Shown in pieces: positions 14,300 to 20,000 of a stretch of DNA of 20,000 nt; position 1 is the stretch's first letter, and every line of letters starts with the position of its first letter. A program made the position numbers and the translations under genes. Below the pieces are notes generated by a model. The model saw nothing but the letters and a program-made list of their open reading frames with translations. It was not told where the DNA came from and made no database searches. Origin of the DNA: an uncultured virus (IMG/VR IMGVR_UViG_3300015264_000026) (taxonomy: Duplodnaviria; Heunggongvirae; Uroviricota; Caudoviricetes); IMG/VR virus record IMGVR_UViG_3300015264_000026. One strand, given 5' to 3'.

Positions 14300-14481
14300 A
14301 ATCGAGTTTCGCCAAATTCAGGATATCGCTGATTTCAGCGTGTGATGTGCTTGCGGTTAAAGGCTAACTTGCATTTCAAGAAATCACTTGACGCGGGAAA
14401 CACGCTGTCCGCTCGCACAAAACCAAAGCATCACATTTGAGAAGTCACTGCGGCTGTAGTGAAACATTTCGTGATAGTGGA

Positions 14482-14688
14482 CTATTTTGCAAGCGCCGCC
14501 TCCAGGCAATCCCGCGCCTTCTTCCTCGCCCGTGTGACACTGCGCTGCGCAATCTTGTACCGATGTAACCGATGGAGGTAATCAACCTTATCGATTGACT
14601 TCATCGGCTCGCCATTATCGACGATGGCGAACGCCAGCGGTTCCATGGCGCGGGCTCCGGCTTCGATCTGGGTAGGGGTTACACTCAA
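14482..14688 (-). CDS. Hypothetical protein (68 aa)
   Basis: TTGA overlap with the upstream stop; the 'VTPTQIEAGARAM' start is typical of small phage genes. Confidence 0.55.
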   Translation of the reverse strand: MSVTPTQIEAGARAMEPLAFAIVDNGEPMKSIDKVDYLHRLHRYKIAQRSVTRARKKARDCLEAALAK

Positions 14689-15050
14689 GGATGATGCGCT
14701 ATTTTTTTACTCAACGCGGCGTTGAGTATCTGCAATATTTCCGTTGTTTCTTTTGCCGCTGCTGATATTTGATAGTCCATATCTGTACCGCGTGAATTGT
14801 GGTGTCGCATGAGAGAATTGCGCAACAATTCGACGCTACGCCGACGAATGCGAATCACATCGTCAGGCCGCACCTCGTCCATCTCTGGTTCGGTTTCTGG
14901 CTTGGTTGTTTTTTGTTCAGATCCAAACATGCGAGATAGCCCAACTCCAATGAACAAAAGCAAAAAGAATCCACCAAGATCCAATCGATTATTCCAGTTG
15001 CCCAGTATCATTAATGCAAAAATCGTCAGCCATATTATATTTTTTGGCAT
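14685..15050 (-). CDS. Hypothetical membrane protein (121 aa, 2 TM)
   Basis: Two hydrophobic segments then a polar helical tail; weak SD; in frame with upstream ORF 15096..15221. Confidence 0.55.
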   Translation of the reverse strand: MPKNIIWLTIFALMILGNWNNRLDLGGFFLLLFIGVGLSRMFGSEQKTTKPETEPEMDEVRPDDVIRIRRRSVELLRNSLMRHHNSRGTDMDYQISAAAKETTEILQILNAALSKKIAHHP

Positions 15051-15095
15051 GATGGAGGCCTGGTCAGGAGTGCGGCCAATGTGGAGATCGATAAA

Positions 15096-15221
15096 TCATG
15101 CGCGCCATGCGCGGTTGGCCGCGTACATCAGATCATTCTCACCGCATGCCTTGGCGCATTTGGAAAGATCGCTCACTATGCGCATTACCTTTTCGAGCTC
15201 GCTATCGATTGCCGTCACCAT
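15096..15221 (-). CDS. 41-aa ORF absent from the track (MVTAIDSELEKVMRIVSDLSKCAKACGENDLMYAANRAWRA)
   Basis: Strong AAGGAG SD 5 nt upstream; ends at TGA 15098-15096. Confidence 0.5.
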   Translation of the reverse strand: MVTAIDSELEKVMRIVSDLSKCAKACGENDLMYAANRAWRA

Positions 15222-15242
15222 CTTCTCTCCTTTGTGCCGCCC

Positions 15243-15470
15243 TTAGCGGTTGTGTGGTTGGGCTGCCGTCCGGTTTCTTTTGCCGACAAAATCAAGAAGT
15301 TCTTTGACCTGCGCTGGCGACAAGAGAACCCTATCCTTGACGGTTTCCCCTTCCAATTGGGTGATTCCGAGGTAGCCACCTGTCATGTCAAAGCGAGCCA
15401 GCCAATCGTAATTCCGCTTGTCGCCCTTGATCTTTTCGCTGTATCGAGTTCTGGTATTATCAATTGCCAT
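15243..15470 (-). CDS. Hypothetical protein (75 aa)
   Basis: AGGAGG SD 5 nt upstream of the ATG. Confidence 0.72.
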   Translation of the reverse strand: MAIDNTRTRYSEKIKGDKRNYDWLARFDMTGGYLGITQLEGETVKDRVLLSPAQVKELLDFVGKRNRTAAQPHNR

Positions 15471-15505
15471 CTCATCCTCCTGCCGCTCAGCGGCTGTTCA
15501 ATTGG

Positions 15506-15892
15506 TTAGCGCCACGTTCCGGGGAGGCGTTCATGTTCTCCCCGTCCGCAACAATTATGCCCACAAGAGGAGCATACTGGTTGCCGCTCTAGGGAATGAG
15601 AGTGCGGCAAATCGATATATTCCTCACGACAGCGCGCGGCCCTAACCTCAAACCAACCTAGTGCCGCTCTTAGGGACGCCAACGCGTGTTCCGTCTCGGC
15701 GCAGGAGCCCTGATTGTTCAAGTATGCGGTCCGATCGATCAATATCCGCAGTAGTTCTTGGCAGATTATGCCCGGCTGCGGATCGCCCGTGTTTCCGGGA
15801 TATTTCGCCCCCCGGTTTTTGACAAACTGAATTCTCTGCGCATTGCCGATGCCTTCGGCCAGATAACCATGGCCAGGATCAATAATCTTCAT
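15506..15892 (-). CDS. Tad1-like (Thoeris anti-defence 1 family) nucleotide-signal sponge with C-terminal Cys/His extension
   Basis: Pattern GHxY...IQF...GI..QELLRILIDR..YL....SCAE..HAL..L..ALGWF..R..R matches the recalled Tad1 pattern HxY...IxFQ...GV...DLLEIVxDRL..F....SREN..AL..V..AL.W...R; GGGAG SD. Confidence 0.62.
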   Translation of the reverse strand: MKIIDPGHGYLAEGIGNAQRIQFVKNRGAKYPGNTGDPQPGIICQELLRILIDRTAYLNNQGSCAETEHALASLRAALGWFEVRAARCREEYIDLPHSHSLERQPVCSSCGHNCCGRGEHERLPGTWR

Positions 15893-15907
15893 CCCCGTTC
15901 TCCCATC

Positions 15908-16136
15908 TCACCCACCACCTTCAGGATCAAGCGCGCGCGGTTGTTCTGGCGGATGATTTAGTTCATGCGAGAATTCGCCAAGCAGATCGTGTTTCATCAA
16001 CACGCGCATTGCCGCCTCAACGATCATGCTGCGGGCCACCATTGTAGAGATAGCGGCCCTCGCCTGCTTGGCCCCCCCCCCCAATCTCGCGAATTTCTGC
16101 CTCGGCTGCCGCCGCTCGGTAATCGTGCCGGCTCAA
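15908..16136 (-). pseudogene. 75-aa gene frameshifted by a G11 tract
   Basis: TTG 16136 overlaps the upstream TGA. With G10 it reads MSRHDYRAAAAEAEIREIGGGAKQARAAISTMVARSMIVEAAMRVLMKHDLLGEFSHELNHPPEQPRALDPEGGG* and ends 15 nt before the Tad1-like start; with G11 it stops after 39 aa. Confidence 0.55.
16072..16082. repeat. C11/G11 homopolymer
   Basis: Directly visible; the longest homopolymer I noticed in the window. Confidence 0.95.
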
Positions 16137-16402
16137 GATTGCACCGGAGGTGCGGGAGCGGGCAACCAAAACTCAAAATCGCTATATGCCCAATCGTCGA
16201 AATTATCTCCGCTTGGAAGTCTCATAACGCCATCATCATCCCAACAAAGATAATGGGCCTCGAACCAGCTTGAGCCGTTCGTGTGGCTGACGTGCAGCCC
16301 GTAGAAACGGAAATCTCCGTCATTTAGCGCCGTCAAGATCGGCATCCATCCGTGAACGTCGGTGGATGGGACGGGGCGCTCATTTGCAATATTTGAGTTC
16401 AT
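16133..16402 (-). CDS. Hypothetical protein (89 aa)
   Basis: ATGA overlap; 'GWMPILTA...W...PAPP' pattern common in small phage proteins. Confidence 0.62.
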   Translation of the reverse strand: MNSNIANERPVPSTDVHGWMPILTALNDGDFRFYGLHVSHTNGSSWFEAHYLCWDDDGVMRLPSGDNFDDWAYSDFEFWLPAPAPPVQS

Positions 16403-16836
16403 TGGATGTTGCTTTCTGGCTTGATCTGTCCAGACGGCAAAATAAGCACTACGACTCTACCTTGTTTGCGTGCGTAGCGAACCGTGTACCAAGTGCCGCC
16501 GCGAGGCTGCTCATTGCGCTCGGCTGGGGTTGCGATCAGCGCGATCGTTTCGCGCACAATAACCCGGTTTCGCTCCAGATAGGGTCGCTCTGGTCTCATG
16601 AGATGGCGTGGCACCTCGCGCCAAGCCCGCCTTGAATAGTTTGTCGGCGGATGTATGATGACGCCATAGCCACATTCATCGGCGATATCGTGTGCTTGGG
16701 AATCGGCCCCGACGCAATCACCATGATGAAGTTCGCCAGAACCGCCCCGCAAGAAATCTCGCAGAGCGACCTTCTGGGCATCTGTCATTCCGTCTTGCGT
16801 TCCGGTAAAGCCGAAGCGATAGCCGCCGTCGCTCAT
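16399..16836 (-). CDS. SLOG-superfamily (YspA/DprA/LOG-like Rossmann) protein
   Basis: FGFTGT, HHGDCVGAD, YLERNRVIV and RGGTWYTVRYARKQG motifs; GGAGG SD. Confidence 0.82.
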   Translation of the reverse strand: MSDGGYRFGFTGTQDGMTDAQKVALRDFLRGGSGELHHGDCVGADSQAHDIADECGYGVIIHPPTNYSRRAWREVPRHLMRPERPYLERNRVIVRETIALIATPAERNEQPRGGTWYTVRYARKQGRVVVLILPSGQIKPESNIQ

Positions 16837-16934
16837 CTCAAATCCTCCATAGCGGTCCGCCGGGACGGCTTACGAGAGCCAAACTTCGAAACATGAACTG
16901 CGGGTCCGGCGCAGTCGTGAGGCTCATACCGCAT

Positions 16935-17407
16935 TCAAATTGTTGCTCGCTTAGCCATCTTGCGTTCGCGCTTGTCTTTTGCCGCGATGATCGTCGCGAG
17001 GTCGCTAGCCAAAGGTGATGATCGCCGTGATCGCAGGCCACCCCACGCCTTCTGAATTTCTTCAATGGTGCACGGACGACCAATACGCTCAATAACTTTG
17101 TACAAGGTTTCTTCAAAGTCCACACGGACGCCGTGCAGACGCGGCTGACTCCTTTTATCGGTTGCGGGGAGACGCACGAGGGTACTATTTTCTCCCACGC
17201 GAGACGCGCCTTAGGGTCGTGCGGCGCAAGCTTGATGCGCTTCAAAATATCCATTTCTAGCGCGCCAGTCCGGACACCCTTTTTGATACAACGGTCCATT
17301 CTAGAGCGCTGCCGATGATCGTAGCACAGCCTGAACGGTGCGGCCTCCTTACCGCAGAGCGGACATTGGCCGGCAAGAATGCGCTGCTGTTGGATTGGCG
17401 TTTTCAT
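16935..17407 (-). pseudogene. Zn-finger-like protein, apparently split by a 1-nt frameshift near 17190
   Basis: N-terminal CPLCG...LCYDH. Adding one A to GAGAAAAT (T4 at 17188-17191 on +) joins it to the more protein-like frame (DFEETLYKVIERIGRPCTIEEIQKAW), giving 157 aa. Confidence 0.5.
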
Positions 17408-17413
17408 CAGATT

Positions 17414-17441
17414 ACCATACCGATTTGCCAGCGATAGTCAA
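17414..17441 (-). promoter_or_regulatory. Possible sigma70 promoter for a leaderless mRNA
   Basis: TTGACT-N16-TATGGT-N6-ATG(17407); no SD upstream of that ATG. Confidence 0.35.
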
Positions 17442-17455
17442 TCGTCGGTTGACGG

Positions 17456-18148
17456 CTAAGGCTGATTATTCGTCAATTCTCGCGGCCTGCCATCGAGCGG
17501 AGGCGGATCGTCATCCTCGTTTGGGTGCAGTGCAATGACAGGGCGAATCGGCGATGTTGGCCGCAATGGGTTCTCGTTCCGCAGAGAAATTCTAGGCGCT
17601 GAATATCCACCATGGGCAGGTTTGATATAATAAAAGCGGTTTTCGGCCATAACAGTCTCAAGATCGCCGAGAGATTCATCGCCATATTGCTCAATATGCT
17701 CAGCGCCGCCCATTGTCGCTAGGCCATCCGGCAAATTGGTTCCTGCGGCCGTCCCCTTTATGATATCGCGCCCCATGGCCTTGGGAGCCTCTTGGATGGC
17801 CTCTTGCTCTGGCTGGGGAGTTTCCTCAACCGGCAGTTCGGCGGGCTCCACGGTCTGTTTCTGTGGCTCTGGGGCATCCTCCCGAAGGGCATCCAAGATA
17901 ATGCTCCCCGCCACCTTCAATTTGGTCCGAACCACGGTCAGGGCAGTCCGATCAACCTCATGGGCGGCCTTGGTCTTGGCCAGTTCCGCTTGCAGCATAT
18001 CGATGAGCTTGGCTTGGGCTACCTCATTCGCATTGGCGTATTCAAGCTGCTCCCGCGTCGTATTGAGTTCGTCCAACATGGTATCCCATGTGTATTCGGC
18101 CGCGATGCGCGGATCTGTCTGGGGAGGGGTGAATGCGTATTGTTTCAT
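17456..18148 (-). CDS. Hypothetical protein with N-terminal coiled coil and acidic Pro-rich linker (230 aa)
   Basis: AAGGT SD; ATGA overlap with the DHH gene stop. Confidence 0.72.
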   Translation of the reverse strand: MKQYAFTPPQTDPRIAAEYTWDTMLDELNTTREQLEYANANEVAQAKLIDMLQAELAKTKAAHEVDRTALTVVRTKLKVAGSIILDALREDAPEPQKQTVEPAELPVEETPQPEQEAIQEAPKAMGRDIIKGTAAGTNLPDGLATMGGAEHIEQYGDESLGDLETVMAENRFYYIKPAHGGYSAPRISLRNENPLRPTSPIRPVIALHPNEDDDPPPLDGRPRELTNNQP

Positions 18149-18963
18149 GGCGTGACCTTTCTCGGTTGTCGGAATCCAGCAGCATTCTTGTGGCCACCGC
18201 CACCAAATTGCTTGGCGATCTCGCTGACATCAACGCCATCAGCGCGAGATCGCAAGGACCATAGAATATGCGTCTCACTTTCAGCATAGACGCCAGCGAA
18301 TGGATGACCTTCGGCAAGCTCACCGGCCAATTCTGATGCCATGAACAATGAGGCATTCACGACCGGAACGCGATGGCCGCCTATTTCGCGGAAATAAGCA
18401 TGCCTCTTGGCGCTATCGATCAACGTCCGATAATAGCGCTGGATCGATATCCCTTCTTCGATCAGATCAGTAATAGAGCCCCAGCAGAGTCGGTCCCATG
18501 TCGCAAAGTCTTGTGGGTAAGAATGGAGCGCCGCCGTGAATTCATCAACGCCCGGTAGGCGTTTCGTCCACAAATCACGATCTTGAAGATATTCAAAGAA
18601 CTTCGGCACGGCGACACCGGGATGGAAGTATTGCCAAGCCATCACAGCGCCGCTGCGCTCCATATCGAATTCAACTGTCACATTCGGGCATTCGTCCGAT
18701 AGGCCATCAAGATCGGCCTGCGCAGTCTTGTGATGGTCCAGAACAAGAATGGATTTTGCCTTGCTGGCAAGCTCGATCATAGCGAGCCGCTTGTAGGAAA
18801 AATCAACTAGCGCCACATCAAGGCCAGTAACATCGGGCGGCGCATCACCGTAAACTCCGGGGTGATATTCGACGCAATATCCGTCGCGCTTCCATATTGC
18901 AAGAGCAGCGCCGAATCCATCATCGCAATTGCCATGGTATATGCAAATATCTGGAGTCATCAT
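18145..18963 (-). CDS. DHH/DHHA1 phosphoesterase (NrnB/nanoRNase-like)
   Basis: YHGNCDDG, VDF, LDHH, RSGA, QDRDLW, SLRS and FGGGGHKNAAGF motifs. True start is ATG 18963 or 18960, not 19119. Confidence 0.92.
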   Translation of the reverse strand: MMTPDICIYHGNCDDGFGAALAIWKRDGYCVEYHPGVYGDAPPDVTGLDVALVDFSYKRLAMIELASKAKSILVLDHHKTAQADLDGLSDECPNVTVEFDMERSGAVMAWQYFHPGVAVPKFFEYLQDRDLWTKRLPGVDEFTAALHSYPQDFATWDRLCWGSITDLIEEGISIQRYYRTLIDSAKRHAYFREIGGHRVPVVNASLFMASELAGELAEGHPFAGVYAESETHILWSLRSRADGVDVSEIAKQFGGGGHKNAAGFRQPRKVTP

Positions 18964-18964
18964 C

Positions 18965-19957
18965 TCACTTCCCCTTCGGTTTCTTCGGTTCATCCTTTGC
19001 CCTGGCCTCATCGCGATTGGCCATGTAGGTCTGGCAGTCAGCGAGCCCGGCGTAAGCGAGCGCATAATTTGGATCGAGTTCGACGGCCTCTCGGAAATAT
19101 TCGGCTCCCTTTTGCACACCGTCGAGCGTCAGCTTGTTGAAGTGAAAGCGGCCTTTCAGCAAGAGCAAATAAGCTTCGCTATTTTCGGTGTGACGCTTTG
19201 CAAGCAGTTGCCTTTGCGGGCCGCTGATCTCGACACATAGCTTCTCAGCAATCTCGCGCGCGATCGTTTCCTGGGCGGTAAAGAGATCGCCACGGTTCCG
19301 AATGTATTGCGCGCCCCACAGGTGACGATCGTCAACGGTATCGACGAGCTCGACACTGATCGACAACAGGTCGTCTGACTCTGTCAGGCGTCCCAGCAGG
19401 ACGGAATCCACTTTCAATTCGCGTCCAATCGTGGGCGCGTCCGCAACCCGATTCTTGTAGCGAAACGCTGAGTTCCGCGAAGTGACGCGAAGCCTGGTTA
19501 GCTGGGCCAGATTTCTAATCAAGCTCTCCGTGATTCCGTCCGCCAGATATTCTGTTCTCGCGTCAGCGTTACAGTTCACGAAAGGCAGCACGGCGATCGA
19601 ATCTATCGTGGGCCAGTGTTCCTGCTCATGTACCTTTCGTACTGCGGCCATAAAGCGATAGCCGCGCCAGGGAATCGTTTCAATGAACTGACCCTCACGA
19701 GGCCGCTCACCGAGGGCGCTCCTTAGGGTCGAGATATTACGCGCCACATTCCCCTCTTCGACAGATGTGTTGGGCCAAACAACCTTCATTACCTCGTCTT
19801 TGCTGAGGATGTGCCCGCTGTTTTGTACCAGCGCGAGCAGCACGTCAAACACTTTTGGCGTCAGCGGCACCACTTCGCCATCGCGCAGCAATTGCCGCTC
19901 GCTCGCGTCAATGCGAAACGGCCCGAATTCATAGTCTATTTGCGCCGGCCAGAACAT
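18965..19957 (-). CDS. Cellular OmpR/CadC-type winged-helix regulator with TolB-N-like domain and truncated TPR region, fused to a foreign C-terminal tail
   Basis: YEFGPF...LTPKVFDVLLALV...IETIPWRGYRF (wHTH); SIAVLPF...YLADGITESLI (TolB-N-like); AVELDPNYALAYAGLAD (TPR); then an abrupt AKDEPKKPKGK*. Confidence 0.85.
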   Translation of the reverse strand: MFWPAQIDYEFGPFRIDASERQLLRDGEVVPLTPKVFDVLLALVQNSGHILSKDEVMKVVWPNTSVEEGNVARNISTLRSALGERPREGQFIETIPWRGYRFMAAVRKVHEQEHWPTIDSIAVLPFVNCNADARTEYLADGITESLIRNLAQLTRLRVTSRNSAFRYKNRVADAPTIGRELKVDSVLLGRLTESDDLLSISVELVDTVDDRHLWGAQYIRNRGDLFTAQETIAREIAEKLCVEISGPQRQLLAKRHTENSEAYLLLLKGRFHFNKLTLDGVQKGAEYFREAVELDPNYALAYAGLADCQTYMANRDEARAKDEPKKPKGK

Positions 19958-20000
19958 CTGTCGTTTTTACCGAAAATTTTCCGAACTTGCGAAAGACCTT

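Larger units (their letters stand above)
1..19000. mobile_element. Tailed phage/prophage segment, podovirus-like (late structural and lysis operon on +, convergent accessory genes on -)
   Basis: Gene order tail-tube protein > GNAT > ejection proteins > endolysin > holin-like genes; many ATGA/TGATG coupled genes; no tape measure gene. No integrase or att site is visible in the window. Confidence 0.93.

Noticed and set aside
15482..15494. GCCGC-TCA-GCGGC mini hairpin between genes
   Set aside because: 5-bp stem without a U-tract; too weak to call a terminator.
13968..18289. + strand ORFs such as 13968..14297, 14797..15246, 15081..15509, 17736..18155 and 17792..18289
   Set aside because: Antisense shadows of - strand genes that have SDs and coupled stops/starts.
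18964..19119. N-terminal extension of the DHH ORF to 19119
   Set aside because: Crosses the junction and overlaps the regulator gene; the DHH motifs begin right after ATG 18963.
1..20000. Stop-codon reassignment, CRISPR array, tRNA/rRNA, DGR or retron
   Set aside because: Genes tile densely under the standard code with all three stops in use; I saw no repeat-spacer array, cloverleaf, reverse transcriptase or TR/VR pair.

Overview
Positions 1 to ~19,000 are a tailed-phage (podovirus-like) genome segment. On the + strand (1-13,746) is a tightly coupled late operon: a tail-tube/nozzle-type protein, an inserted HNH endonuclease, a GNAT-like protein, two large internal-virion (ejection) proteins, an amidase-SH3b endolysin, and a long run of small membrane, lipoprotein and holin-like genes plus a permuted papain-like peptidase. 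A convergent - strand accessory block (13,717-18,963) carries a Tad1-like protein, a SLOG-family protein and a DHH/DHHA1 phosphoesterase, a possible cluster acting against nucleotide-signal defence. The most notable signals are: (i) about ten recurring [YFMR]-A-x-G-G motifs in three virion-operon proteins, clustered at apparent domain junctions, suggesting a di-glycine processing or sorting code; (ii) the Tad1-like/SLOG/DHH cluster, with a G11 frameshifted gene directly upstream of the Tad1-like gene; (iii) an antisense membrane-protein ORF overlapping the 3' end of the last ejection gene, a superinfection-exclusion-like arrangement; (iv) hairpins covering the RBS or start codon of the HNH and the first ejection gene. 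At ~19,000 the phage DNA joins, in frame, a truncated cellular winged-helix/TolB-N/TPR regulator, most likely a chimeric or illegitimate junction. All family calls come from motif recognition by eye, not database searches.
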